From contig DNVR01000019.1 of the NCBI GenBank assembly GCA_003507445.1, positions 142,132 through 206,131 of the forward strand: a stretch of DNA of 64,000 nt. Direction: 5' to 3'. The DNA is from Candidatus Moraniibacteriota bacterium. Its GTDB lineage: Bacteria; Patescibacteriota; Minisyncoccia; Moranbacterales; GWC2-37-73. Made by a program: the position numbers and the translations under genes. This document shows positions 29,410 to 39,236 of the stretch, in pieces. Under the pieces are notes generated by a model, which had not been told where the DNA came from, made no database searches, and saw only the letters and a list, made by a program, of their open reading frames with translations. Numbering within the stretch: the stretch's first letter is position 1; the number at the start of each line of letters is the position of its first letter.

Positions 29410-30354
29410 ATGCAATTCATCGGTAATACAAAATCAGTAAACTTGCTTCAAAAAGCGTTTGAGCACAATGCTCTCGGGCATGCGTATCTTTTTTCTGGGC
29501 CGGAAAAGGTGGGGAAGTTTACTTTGGCAAAAATGTTTGCGCTGAGTGTAATTGCTGGCACTGAATTAAATCTGGATATTGATAATGTTGATAAAAACGC
29601 AATGCTTGATTTGGTGATTGTGGAGCCGGAGATTACTGAAAAAAATGGCATCTCGCGGCAGCGTGACATTTCAATCGAATCAATAAGGGATGCCAAGCTT
29701 AGTCTTAGTCTTTTTCCTTATCACGGAAAATATAAGGTTCTTATTGTTAATGATGCTCATCGTATGACAAATGGTTGTCAAAATGCACTGTTGAAAATTC
29801 TTGAAGAGCCTAATCCGACAACTATTCTTATTTTGATAACCAATGAGGTTGATAGGATTCTGCCTACGATACTTTCACGTTTGCAAGTTGTTAATTTTGG
29901 TTTGGTTGATGATGAGGATATGAACGCTGGTTTTGCAGAAAATTTTTCTTTTCAAAAAGATTGTGTGGAGCTTTCTATTGGCAGACCTGGCTTGGCGCAA
30001 TATTTGAGCGAGCACAACGAGGAAAAACTTTTTAGAACCAACGCTTTGATGGAGCTTGAAAAAATCAGAAAGGGTACATTGAATGAAAAGTTTAAGTTGG
30101 CGGAAGAGCTTTCCAAAGATGCGGTTCGAACTCTTGATAAATTGAATGTTTGGCTTTGGGAAATTAGAAAGATTGCTGTCGACGTAAACCCGCCTCGCGT
30201 CGACGAGCAGTCGTTTCCGCGAGTCGAGGCGGGTCAGGTAGAAAGTAACAGGGCCTGTGCTATCATTGAAAAAATTCAGAAAGCTATGATAGTTTTGAAA
30301 CGGACGAATGCTAACTCGAGACTTATTTTAGAAACTTTGTTTATGGATATGTAG
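29410..30354 (+). CDS. holB: DNA polymerase III delta' subunit (clamp-loader AAA+)
   Basis: NALGHAYLFSGPEKVGKFTLAKMFA P-loop and SRLQ sensor motif. Contains a GC-rich in-frame palindromic insert at 30181-30240. Confidence 0.7.
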   Translation: MQFIGNTKSVNLLQKAFEHNALGHAYLFSGPEKVGKFTLAKMFALSVIAGTELNLDIDNVDKNAMLDLVIVEPEITEKNGISRQRDISIESIRDAKLSLSLFPYHGKYKVLIVNDAHRMTNGCQNALLKILEEPNPTTILILITNEVDRILPTILSRLQVVNFGLVDDEDMNAGFAENFSFQKDCVELSIGRPGLAQYLSEHNEEKLFRTNALMELEKIRKGTLNEKFKLAEELSKDAVRTLDKLNVWLWEIRKIAVDVNPPRVDEQSFPRVEAGQVESNRACAIIEKIQKAMIVLKRTNANSRLILETLFMDM

Positions 30355-30384
30355 TTATTGATTCGTATATAATTAGGATATAAT

Positions 30385-31275
30385 TTGGATATGTCGAGAA
30401 AATATATAAAAAATTGTACGGGAAATGATTGTGAAGAAGAAAAAAAGTCTTCACGATTTTTCTCGGTGTTTATTTTTTATACATTGCTGGTCTGCTTTAT
30501 TGGTGTGACTGGATATGTTGTGTTTTTTTCTCAGCATCTTCAAATTGTAAACATTGCAGTCTCAGGCACAAAAGAACTTAATGGGCAGGAAATTCAGCAG
30601 ATTGTTAGTAATTCGCTGCAAGGAAAATATTTAGGAATAATTCCAAAAAATAATTTTTTGTTTGTTTCACAAAGAAAGTTTGAAAATCTCTTGAATGAAA
30701 AATTTAAAAAAATTCGAACACTGAGTGTGATTAAAAAATTTCCAGACACTGTGAGCATAGAAATCGACGAACGAAAAGCATTGCTGGTTTGGTGTAGCAG
30801 TGAAAAATGTTATTTGCTTGATGAAAATGGCACGGCGTATAGCGAAGCTGATTTTTCATCGCCGGAACTTATGGGCAACAACCTTTTGCAAATAAATGAA
30901 ACCAACAGGAGAGACGTGACGATTGGCGATAAAATAATTGAGCCTGCTTATGAGCAATATGCACTTGCCATCAAAGATTCCTTGGCAGCTCTTGGTTTTG
31001 AGGCAACTGGTCAATATTTCACGCCATCACGAATGGCTGAAGAAATCAATGTGAAAACAACTCAGGAAACAGAATTTTATTTTTCAACTCAATTTTCTTT
31101 GGATTCAGCCATAAGAACATTGGAAACTGTTTTGAAAAAAGAAATTCCTGAGGACAAGAAAGGGGAAATCGCATATATCGATCTTCGCAATGAAAACAAG
31201 GTTTTCTATAAATTCAAAAACACCGACCCGTCCGCAGATGAAAACTCACAAACAGAAAAGGTTGAGGTAAAATAA
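30385..31275 (+). CDS. Cell division protein FtsQ/DivIB-like (TM + POTRA)
   Basis: Single N-terminal TM followed by a POTRA-like region (LQIVNIAVSGTKELNGQEI). Moderate similarity only. Confidence 0.5.
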   Translation: MDMSRKYIKNCTGNDCEEEKKSSRFFSVFIFYTLLVCFIGVTGYVVFFSQHLQIVNIAVSGTKELNGQEIQQIVSNSLQGKYLGIIPKNNFLFVSQRKFENLLNEKFKKIRTLSVIKKFPDTVSIEIDERKALLVWCSSEKCYLLDENGTAYSEADFSSPELMGNNLLQINETNRRDVTIGDKIIEPAYEQYALAIKDSLAALGFEATGQYFTPSRMAEEINVKTTQETEFYFSTQFSLDSAIRTLETVLKKEIPEDKKGEIAYIDLRNENKVFYKFKNTDPSADENSQTEKVEVK

Positions 31276-31324
31276 CTTGTTGCTCTCGAGCGACGGGTTG
31301 AACCAGTCAGTCGTGACTGACGGG

Positions 31325-33172
31325 TTATTCTATTGCAAATGGTACATAATAAATCATAATTGAATTTCCAATCATATCAATTGGCTGGTATTGCTGTGTC
31401 CAAGCGTAATTTGTTGCAGGAGTCTTGTTGACTTTGTCGTATATGCTGGTCTGAAGTGAATTCGTTGAAATGGCATACCAGCCAGCTTCAATTGGGCGTT
31501 TGGAATCCCAACCAGAAACATATTTATCTCCCAGATAATATGCTGGATTTCCTCCACCAAAATAATCCACATTAATCTTTTTTATTTGAGGATTTTCATC
31601 CAAAAATATTTTTAATCTGCCCAAATCCTGCCCCCAGTCAACATTTGAGTCTGTTACATATTTGTATCCGTTTTTGCTGCCACCAATTGATTCATTAAAA
31701 TATGAAACATAGTTGGGATAATTAAAAATTGGTATGATAATAATCCAAGTTATTAAGATGGAAAAAATAATTTGAAGTTGATGTTTTGTGACAAAATGTT
31801 TGTGTCTGAGAAAATCAAAAACTTTTTTAGTTACTAGCAAATATGCTAATGGCATAATCGGAAAGAGGTGTCGAAGGCCAATGTTCAGATTTCCAGTAAT
31901 ACTGAGATATGAATAAAGAGCAATAAAACCAAAGAGGGAATATTGCATCACGCCTGTTTGCAAAAAGCGTTTGAAATTTTTTCCAATACTTTTTTCAGTT
32001 ATTGATCTTTTGAATGTTCTTGTGATTTGTGCTCCAGTATAAATCAGTGAAAAAAGAATCAGCATCAGAAATGGAAGAGTTTCCTTAAGTAGAAATACCA
32101 ATGGAAAATATGCAGGAGATGCCTTGCTGGAAACATTGTTCAAAAAATATGCACCATTTCCTCCAGCGACACGTTTGAACACCATCGTGACACCAAGGAA
32201 ATATTCAGCGTATGGGCGAAGTATTGATGAAGAATTGAAAAAGCTTAAAGCTTTATTAGTGGTCATGCTAAGTGGATTTGGATCGCTAAGCGGAAAGGAA
32301 AAATTTATCTGTCTGGCAATAATTTCTTGCGGCATATTAAACGTGTTTGCGAAATACAAAATCCAGACAATAATCATTGAGATTGCGAAAGCTGCAAGAC
32401 CTTTTATCAAATATGAAAAAAATAATTTTGTGCGCAAAAAATTCTCTTTGATTTCGGTGTCATCGTGAGAGATTTTTTTAATCAGTGGATATCCAAGAAG
32501 AACAAGTCCAAGAATTGGAAAAGCCATTATAGATGAAAATTTTACTGAGCTCACGAGACCCAGAAAAACTCCGCCAATCGCAGCATTTTTCCAAGTTGGA
32601 TTTTTGATGAATTTGAGAAAATAATAAAAAGCAAAAGTTAGAAATGCTGCAATTCCAATGTCAGTTGTAACATAGTGATTGTGTCCCAGGATATTTGGAT
32701 CAAAAGCATATAGGGTCAAAACAAAAAGTCCACCCAAGATCCCAGCAATTTCCTTGCCCCACATAAAAAGAAACAAACCAAGAAGCACTGAGATTAAAAC
32801 AATTGGAAGTCGAGACCAAAAAAGAATTTGATCAGGATTATTGCCAGTTTCATACAAAAGATGTTTTCCGGCAACCCATTGTCCATCATCCCAAATCCTG
32901 TTTAAACCTTCACCCGTCCAAAATTGTTGGGTTGTGTCAAAGTTAAGATTGAGAAATGCCAGTGGAATGCCGATTAAATCTTTGAGTAGCGGTGGATGTT
33001 CAGGATTAAGACGCATATCCTGCTGAGTGATGTAGCTGTATCCTGCAGGAATGTGCGCGACTTCATCAAAAGTGGCTGTGTCATTTTTTGCGTTTAGCAA
33101 AGACACTGTGACAAAAAATGTCATAATAATAAGAACAATCCAGCGGTAATGTTTTTTTAATAATGATTCCAT
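31325..33172 (-). CDS. PMT/ArnT-family membrane glycosyltransferase (GT39/GT83-like)
   Basis: Multiple TM segments and an N-terminal loop DE motif (TFDEVAH) typical of dolichyl/undecaprenyl-phosphate sugar transferases. Confidence 0.75.
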   Translation of the reverse strand: MESLLKKHYRWIVLIIMTFFVTVSLLNAKNDTATFDEVAHIPAGYSYITQQDMRLNPEHPPLLKDLIGIPLAFLNLNFDTTQQFWTGEGLNRIWDDGQWVAGKHLLYETGNNPDQILFWSRLPIVLISVLLGLFLFMWGKEIAGILGGLFVLTLYAFDPNILGHNHYVTTDIGIAAFLTFAFYYFLKFIKNPTWKNAAIGGVFLGLVSSVKFSSIMAFPILGLVLLGYPLIKKISHDDTEIKENFLRTKLFFSYLIKGLAAFAISMIIVWILYFANTFNMPQEIIARQINFSFPLSDPNPLSMTTNKALSFFNSSSILRPYAEYFLGVTMVFKRVAGGNGAYFLNNVSSKASPAYFPLVFLLKETLPFLMLILFSLIYTGAQITRTFKRSITEKSIGKNFKRFLQTGVMQYSLFGFIALYSYLSITGNLNIGLRHLFPIMPLAYLLVTKKVFDFLRHKHFVTKHQLQIIFSILITWIIIIPIFNYPNYVSYFNESIGGSKNGYKYVTDSNVDWGQDLGRLKIFLDENPQIKKINVDYFGGGNPAYYLGDKYVSGWDSKRPIEAGWYAISTNSLQTSIYDKVNKTPATNYAWTQQYQPIDMIGNSIMIYYVPFAIE

Positions 33173-33206
33173 ACTTTTTTATTTTTTTAAATTCAAATTA
33201 ATCTTC

Positions 33207-33328
33207 TTGTCATTCCTGCGTAGGCAGGAATCTAGGATTATGAAATGTGTTTATTAAATTATATTTATCAATAATAGAAATATTGTGTACTAAATCCTGG
33301 ATTCCGGGTCAAGCCCGGAATGACAAAT
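33207..33328. mobile_element. MITE-like element with hairpin-containing TIRs (ttgtcattcc-TGCGTAGGCA-ggaatctagg ... cctggattcc-GGGTCAAGCC-cggaatgacaa)
   Basis: Terminal inverted repeats each contain an internal stem-loop. Same architecture as 55370-55488. Confidence 0.6.
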
Positions 33329-33336
33329 ATGCAGTT

Positions 33337-34899
33337 TTAATTGCTTAGTGTTATGAATATATCCCCAAATTTGTTTTTGTGTTCTTGAAAAGTGAGATTA
33401 GGAATTCTTCCGCGGAGCGAGTTTATTGAATTCCAGTCCCAACCAGTGAAGATTATTTCAATTTTTTCATTGCCTTCAACTTTGATGTTGTTGATTTCGT
33501 GAGGATAAACATAAAAAGTGTTTGGAAGTGTCGGGTTGAGATAATTGATTGTTAGTCTTGGCATAGCGCCTGTAATAATATATTTCTTTTCGCTTTGAGG
33601 AAGAGCTCGAATATAATCAGAGATTGCTCTCGTGTTGGCTTCAAAAACCTGATGCTGTTTTGGGCTATTAGCAAAAAAGACAAAATATTTAATTGGATCA
33701 GCTAGTCCGATAAAAACGAAAACTCCTGTGAGAATGGAGATGGTAAAAATTTTGTAGCTGTGTCCAAATTGATTATATTTTTTTAATATCCAAAGAAAAG
33801 GAAGAATCGAAATCATTATCACTACCGGCAATGTTCCAATGGAGCGCAGTGCGTGAGGATTTCCTTCGTTGGCCAAAAATTCTGGAATAAGCATCGCAAA
33901 AAACCAAGATAAAAGGAAAATATAAACATCCATTTTTTCATCTCGAACACCCTTGTATATTCGCAGCCAAAACAATTGCAAAAATTTAGCAATGATATAT
34001 ATGAATCCGATTAAAAAAGAAATTCCAACGATGGGATTAAGCAGTGGATAAGGTGGATAATTATGTCTCATATTGAGATCGCCCATTACAAAATATTTTT
34101 GCAAACTCAGCCCAAATGTCTTGGCGATTGTTAGTGGAAGATTTCCGCCATTGGTGGCTGAATTGAAAACAGAAATTGCACTTGTGCGTGAAGCATAATG
34201 CTGAGGGTTATAAACGAAAAAATCAAGCAGCATTGGAGTGGCTGTGACTAGCATCGCAAAAGCGAAAACAAGAGTGTGTTTCCAATAGTTTAATAAAAAG
34301 TTTTTGCGAGTGATGATAAGTGAGATGAGCAGCACTACCAAGATCAGTGGGGAAACGCGAAAGGCAATATACGTGTGAACACCAAGTCCATAAATCAAAC
34401 CTGCAATAACAAAATCGTGAAGTTTTTTCGTGCGCAGACCTTTAAAGAGAAAGTAAAAAGAAAAAGAAAGAAGAAATGGAACCATAATAGCCCGAAAGCC
34501 GATGCGCGAAAAGTTGATCGCCCAATATGAAAATGCAGTCAGATATGCGCCAATCAGAGCAGCAGCATAACTTTTGAAAAGTTCTTTGGTAAGGAGAAAA
34601 ACACCCAGAACCGTCAGCGTGCCAAAAATAATCGACCAAAGTTTGAGCGCAAATTCAGTCGGACCAAAAACCTTGATTGAAAGTGCCTGCAGGTTTATAA
34701 ACAATCCTTCGCGACCTTGATTTCCTTCATAAAAAATTTTATATTCCCCAGTCGCATTCGCAAGTTGTGCATCAACGCCATTTTGAGCTTCGTCAGGATA
34801 TATTCCCGCCGGAATGTTTTTGATATTAGTCACTCTCAGCGCAAAAGCCGCAATCAGAATTGCCAGCAGCAGCCCCCAGACGATTTTTTTGTTTTGCAT
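33337..34899 (-). CDS. PMT/ArnT-family membrane glycosyltransferase
   Basis: YPDEAQNG motif in the first loop; 12 or more TM segments. Confidence 0.75.
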   Translation of the reverse strand: MQNKKIVWGLLLAILIAAFALRVTNIKNIPAGIYPDEAQNGVDAQLANATGEYKIFYEGNQGREGLFINLQALSIKVFGPTEFALKLWSIIFGTLTVLGVFLLTKELFKSYAAALIGAYLTAFSYWAINFSRIGFRAIMVPFLLSFSFYFLFKGLRTKKLHDFVIAGLIYGLGVHTYIAFRVSPLILVVLLISLIITRKNFLLNYWKHTLVFAFAMLVTATPMLLDFFVYNPQHYASRTSAISVFNSATNGGNLPLTIAKTFGLSLQKYFVMGDLNMRHNYPPYPLLNPIVGISFLIGFIYIIAKFLQLFWLRIYKGVRDEKMDVYIFLLSWFFAMLIPEFLANEGNPHALRSIGTLPVVIMISILPFLWILKKYNQFGHSYKIFTISILTGVFVFIGLADPIKYFVFFANSPKQHQVFEANTRAISDYIRALPQSEKKYIITGAMPRLTINYLNPTLPNTFYVYPHEINNIKVEGNEKIEIIFTGWDWNSINSLRGRIPNLTFQEHKNKFGDIFITLSN

Positions 34900-35050
34900 T
34901 TTTGTTTCTTGCCCCGTTAAATTCTGCCGTAGGCAGACTATTTAACTGGGGTTGTATTTTTGTGATTGAAATTAGTTTTTGATTCTCAATAGAATTCTCC
35001 CTGTTTCTTTATTAGCTGTATTATACCACCAATTTCAGCTTTCAGCGAGC

Positions 35051-35079
35051 TTGACACAACGTCTTTTTTGTGCTAGAAT
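35051..35079 (+). promoter_or_regulatory. Near-consensus sigma70 promoter TTGACA-N17-TAGAAT
   Basis: Seen directly. Followed by palindromes tatagga-tag-tcctata and aaggcc-aaaaag-ggcctt in the leader before ATG 35187. Confidence 0.6.
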
Positions 35080-35186
35080 GGATGGTTATAGGATAGTCCT
35101 ATAGCAAGGCCAAAAAGGGCCTTAATAAGGGCTCTTTGACAATATAATATGCACACACACTAATAAAGGAAAAGGGGAGGTTTATC

Positions 35187-35954
35187 ATGGCACTGGGAAG
35201 ATTTATGGCGGAAGCATTGGGCGAAGGTGCATTTCTGGGTATACTGAAGCATGCATGGGGATGGGCCGTTAGAATCATTGGCTTTTTGGGTGTTGGTGAA
35301 ATTGCTGGAAAAGCAGTTGGAGAAGAAATAAAAAAACGTCTTATTGACCCAAAAGGTTGGGAAGATGAAAATTATTTTGCTCTTGATTTATCTGAAGCCA
35401 ATGCCACACCCGACCAGAAGAATATGATCAGTAAAGCAATGAAGATGGTTGAGGATGAAGATAAATTAAATGAAACAATGTATGCGAGAAATTTTCGTAT
35501 CCTTGTGACGTTTAACGACATCACTCATCCCAGTAAGCCTGCTGTCCCAGCTGTACCTGCAGTGCTTGCCGTATCTGCTAGGCCAGCTGTTGCAGCTACT
35601 GCTACCACGGCTGCTATTCCTGCAAAACCCGCAATACCAGCTAAGCCAGCAATTCCTGCTGTGCCTGCAACTGTTCGTCCTGGAATTACAATTTTGGAAG
35701 ACCTTGCAAAATGCAATAATGTACTAGAAGTAATTTCTAGAATTATGGCAGTTGGGGTTATGCAGGACACTACTTCAAACTTTGAAAAGTTTCTGAAGTA
35801 TTTCAAAGAAGTGACATTTCCTTCACTAGAAAAAAGTTATGAATCTGTTACAAGGTCAATAACTTGTTCTATTAATGAAGCCGCTACTTCTCTTGAAGAC
35901 GAGGCTGAAAAAAGAAGGAATCGTCCAACATGGAAAAAATGGTTGTTAAATTAA
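35187..35954 (+). CDS. Hypothetical protein with Pro/Ala-rich repeat linker (KPAIPAKPAIPAVPA)
   Basis: Excellent SD (aaggggagg). Amphipathic N-terminus, GC-rich PA-repeat, C-terminal domain of unknown function. Confidence 0.5.
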   Translation: MALGRFMAEALGEGAFLGILKHAWGWAVRIIGFLGVGEIAGKAVGEEIKKRLIDPKGWEDENYFALDLSEANATPDQKNMISKAMKMVEDEDKLNETMYARNFRILVTFNDITHPSKPAVPAVPAVLAVSARPAVAATATTAAIPAKPAIPAKPAIPAVPATVRPGITILEDLAKCNNVLEVISRIMAVGVMQDTTSNFEKFLKYFKEVTFPSLEKSYESVTRSITCSINEAATSLEDEAEKRRNRPTWKKWLLN

Positions 35955-35983
35955 AAACACTAATTAAAAGGGAGGATACGGAT

Positions 35984-36763
35984 ATGCTTGAAGCAATTGG
36001 GAATTTTTTTGGGAGACTTAGGGATTTGAGTCGTGAGGAGCTTGCGGATCTGCGGAAATGTTTAATTGTTGTATGGTCATTGACCATTTTTGGTGTCGTG
36101 GCAATATTGGCAATAAAACCCGCGATTGAAATTTCAGTTTGGATCACGGTTTTTCCCTGGATGTATAGCGCATATCGACTGTATTCAGTCAGGCGGATTA
36201 TTAATGTGCACCTGACAGGGGAAGCACTTGAGTTGGCAAGGGTGCCGGTTGCAGATCCGTCTGAACCGCGCCAGGAAACAGGAGTATTTGATAACGATTT
36301 CATTCGAGGTTATCTGTCAATAATTTCCAATATCTTTCTGGTGCAAACCGCACTTTTCCTGGTACTGCCACTGTATGTCAATTATACATTTGGCGGAATG
36401 ACTGCGGCGATTGTAATCTTGATGTTGATGGTTGTTATTGCTATAGATAACTTCACGTCATTTAAGAGATTGTCGCGGTTCACGGTTAAGGTGGCAGTTG
36501 TTGCATATACTGTGGGGTTAGTATTTGTTTTGTTTCCGCAAACTGGCTTTTATATGAATGAGCTGGTTGGGGACAGAATAAAAATAATCCCAGCTTCGAC
36601 TGCGAAACTCGTCAATGACATTGATGATTTTCAGAAGCAGAAAAAAATTGAGGCTAATGATAAATTCTTGAAAGATGTCGCTGAATACCAGAAACGACAT
36701 CCCAAAGAAGAAATGCCTCAGGCTATAAGAGATGAAATTAAAAAAATAAAAAAGGAAGGGTAG
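35984..36763 (+). CDS. Hypothetical polytopic membrane protein
   Basis: SD aagggagga 7 nt before ATG 35984. 4-5 TM helices then a charged cytoplasmic tail. Confidence 0.5.
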   Translation: MLEAIGNFFGRLRDLSREELADLRKCLIVVWSLTIFGVVAILAIKPAIEISVWITVFPWMYSAYRLYSVRRIINVHLTGEALELARVPVADPSEPRQETGVFDNDFIRGYLSIISNIFLVQTALFLVLPLYVNYTFGGMTAAIVILMLMVVIAIDNFTSFKRLSRFTVKVAVVAYTVGLVFVLFPQTGFYMNELVGDRIKIIPASTAKLVNDIDDFQKQKKIEANDKFLKDVAEYQKRHPKEEMPQAIRDEIKKIKKEG

Positions 36764-36790
36764 GTCACGCCAAAGAGTTGGCGTGAGGAG

Positions 36791-36830
36791 GGGCGCAATA
36801 ATGGAATCATCCATTGTTGCGCCTTTTAAT
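36791..36830 (+). terminator. Strong hairpin (ggcgcaataatgga-atca-tccattgttgcgcc) + T-run, preceded by second hairpin 36764-36788
   Basis: 14-bp stem with one G.U, then ttttaatttt. Lies between the membrane protein and the 771-aa gene. Confidence 0.55.
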
Positions 36831-36906
36831 TTTCCTAAAATTGCTATGGGATAAAAATGAATTTTATGATATAATTTTAGAGTAAATAAAATACTTTTAG
36901 TCTTCT

Positions 36907-39222
36907 ATGGATTTTTTTAAATTTCCTAAAATTTTACGTGAAAAATCTGAACTAGACACGTCTGGTCAAAAGGCTTTTTTGAAATCCGCTGAACCAATGC
37001 GACCACTTTTTGTGAAAAATTTAGACGAAGCTATTGAAGATCAAATCACAGAAAAAGATGTGCCAGTAGATTTAAAAGCCGAAGCTTCTCTTTTGGGTGC
37101 AAAAGATCTTGGAGCTGCAGCTGCATCAGCAATGACCAAAAGACAGGAAAGGATTCGTAAAGATATGGTCGAAAAATATTTTGAAGAAATATTTCACACA
37201 CAAAAAAAAGAATTTCAAGATTTAAAAGATGAAGATAAAAAGGTTATAAATGATGAGAAATCGGATTTTTTGGAAGAAATTAAAAGTTCTTTTAATGCTG
37301 TTACTAATGAGGATGTTGAAAATGGGCTAAGGGATCGATTCTTAAATCAATTGCATGAAATGAAAATTTCAAAGGAGGCAAGGGATTATGTTAGAAAGGT
37401 GTGCGGTGGAATTGAGGTTGATGAGTTCTTGGGAAGAAAAGAGAATAAAGGCCTGGAGGAAATATTTAAAGAAGCTAAAGGTCTCATATTGAAAACAAAT
37501 GAAACAAAAAAGCAATTTCGTGCAAATAACCCAGGTATTAAGCTTGTGCGTGATTTTACTTTTGATTTAGTGGAAAAAATAGATTACTTTATACAGAAAA
37601 TAGATGAAGATATTGATTTTTTTACTGTCGAGGAGGAGGCTTTGTGTAAAAAAGTATTAGGAGCCTCCAAAGGAATCATTAAGGGTAATGGCAAGAAAAC
37701 ATCGATCGTAATGGACGGATTCACGTACAATGCAGATAGCGCCAATGTGGTAATAAATGAGGTAAAGCCAGCAGCAGTTGAAACTGACGCTGAAAAAGAA
37801 GAAAGAATGAAATTTTCCAGAGCTGGTGCTCAAATAACATTGCAACGAGTTGATAAGTGGGAGGATCTTGACGTTGTTGATCCTGCTGAAAAAGGTGAAC
37901 ATAAGGGCGATAAAAATTTTATAGAAAAAACCAAAAAACTTTGGAAAGAATTTGCGGTCCATGGACTTTATAAAGATGGTAAATTGCAGAAGTTTACTGA
38001 TTTAGATGGTAAAGGTTGCTTGGAATTGTTAAAGTTAGCCAAGATAAATATAAAAGATTTAAAATATATTGATCCTGGTACTTTTGAAGAAGGAAGAATT
38101 AATTTAGATACTGGCGGAAAAGATGGTGTGGTGGCTGAGGATTTTGATAAAGAGAATAAAAAAACAGCTTTTATTGATCATCATGGTGAAGAATCATTGG
38201 CTGATTCTTCTGCAACCGCTAAAACGTATCGAATGTTGGTTGACTTGGGGTTATTAGAAAAGAATCCAAAGCTGGATGAAATGGTAAAATTTGTAAATCA
38301 AGTAGATAATGCACAGTATCCTAAGATAGAAACATATTTTGAAAATTCTCATAAGACAATTATTGGCTTGCAAAATTATATTCATGGATCAAAGTTGGTA
38401 AATTTTTTCATGAAAGATAATAATCCTGACCCAACCAGAGAATTGTCTGAAGGTGAATTAAAGAAATATGGCTTTATATATCCTGGTGTTGGTGATAAAA
38501 AGGGAACTATTGTAAACAGGAGTGAAAATCAGAGAAATGTTAAAGAAAAATCAAAAGAAAGTCTTGAAAGAATGGAAAAAGAAGGATTTATAATTACTTC
38601 TGATCGTTATGGAAAAATTGCAGTAAGTATTGAAAATGGAATTGAAAAGAAAAATATCCCAGGTGATATCTTGGCTGTTAAGGCGTTTGGTTGTGACTCT
38701 CTTGTTATTTGGAACCCAAGAGAAAATAAATTTAAAATTTCTACCAATAACGAAATAACCGAAGAATATTCTCAAGGTGTTAAAGTGCGTGGCATAATGT
38801 GGGTAAAAAATAATAGCGATAGTTCAGAACTAACTGTTACGCTTGGGGAGATTTTGAATAAAATGACAGATGGAAAATTGGTGGCTGAAGGAAAATTGAA
38901 AGAATATTTGGAGCAAGAAGTGGCTTTGCCAGTCTCAAATGCGGATGCATTATCAGTTGAAGCGCCAAAAGAAAAAACTCCAGAAGATTTGTTCAAAGAT
39001 CTGATTGTGGAACTCTCTGTTTTTAATGTAGAAAGATATCAATTGTTGTATAATGAAATGATGGATGTGGCTGGGAAAAAGGGAGTAGTTGGAGATGAAA
39101 AAAAGAAGCTAGTTTTGAGTGTGTTGCCCAATGTTGTTGAACGTGATATTGCAAGGCACACAAAAAAAAGAGGCGAGGAGTTAGAAAAGATTTCTGAGTA
39201 TATTTTGAGTCAAATAAAATAA
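36907..39222 (+). CDS. Hypothetical large protein with embedded DHH-phosphoesterase-like motifs
   Basis: FTDLDGKGCLELL (motif I DxDGxxS/C), INLDTGG (motif II) and AFIDHHGEE (motif III DHH) at canonical spacing. Rest unassigned. Confidence 0.5.
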   Translation: MDFFKFPKILREKSELDTSGQKAFLKSAEPMRPLFVKNLDEAIEDQITEKDVPVDLKAEASLLGAKDLGAAAASAMTKRQERIRKDMVEKYFEEIFHTQKKEFQDLKDEDKKVINDEKSDFLEEIKSSFNAVTNEDVENGLRDRFLNQLHEMKISKEARDYVRKVCGGIEVDEFLGRKENKGLEEIFKEAKGLILKTNETKKQFRANNPGIKLVRDFTFDLVEKIDYFIQKIDEDIDFFTVEEEALCKKVLGASKGIIKGNGKKTSIVMDGFTYNADSANVVINEVKPAAVETDAEKEERMKFSRAGAQITLQRVDKWEDLDVVDPAEKGEHKGDKNFIEKTKKLWKEFAVHGLYKDGKLQKFTDLDGKGCLELLKLAKINIKDLKYIDPGTFEEGRINLDTGGKDGVVAEDFDKENKKTAFIDHHGEESLADSSATAKTYRMLVDLGLLEKNPKLDEMVKFVNQVDNAQYPKIETYFENSHKTIIGLQNYIHGSKLVNFFMKDNNPDPTRELSEGELKKYGFIYPGVGDKKGTIVNRSENQRNVKEKSKESLERMEKEGFIITSDRYGKIAVSIENGIEKKNIPGDILAVKAFGCDSLVIWNPRENKFKISTNNEITEEYSQGVKVRGIMWVKNNSDSSELTVTLGEILNKMTDGKLVAEGKLKEYLEQEVALPVSNADALSVEAPKEKTPEDLFKDLIVELSVFNVERYQLLYNEMMDVAGKKGVVGDEKKKLVLSVLPNVVERDIARHTKKRGEELEKISEYILSQIK

Positions 39223-39236
39223 AGTTACAAAACAAA

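Noticed and set aside
33207-33328. Interpreting the 33207 and 55370 elements as simple bidirectional terminators
   Set aside because: The ~120-bp paired-hairpin architecture with conserved termini recurs at four or more loci and as half-sites inside genes. That pattern fits a mobile or repeated element family better than independent terminators.
35525-35806. Minus-strand 93-aa Gly/Ala-rich ORF (AGIAGLAGIAG)
   Set aside because: It is antisense to the Pro/Ala repeat of the 35187..35954 gene, so its frame is a by-product of the GC-rich repeat.
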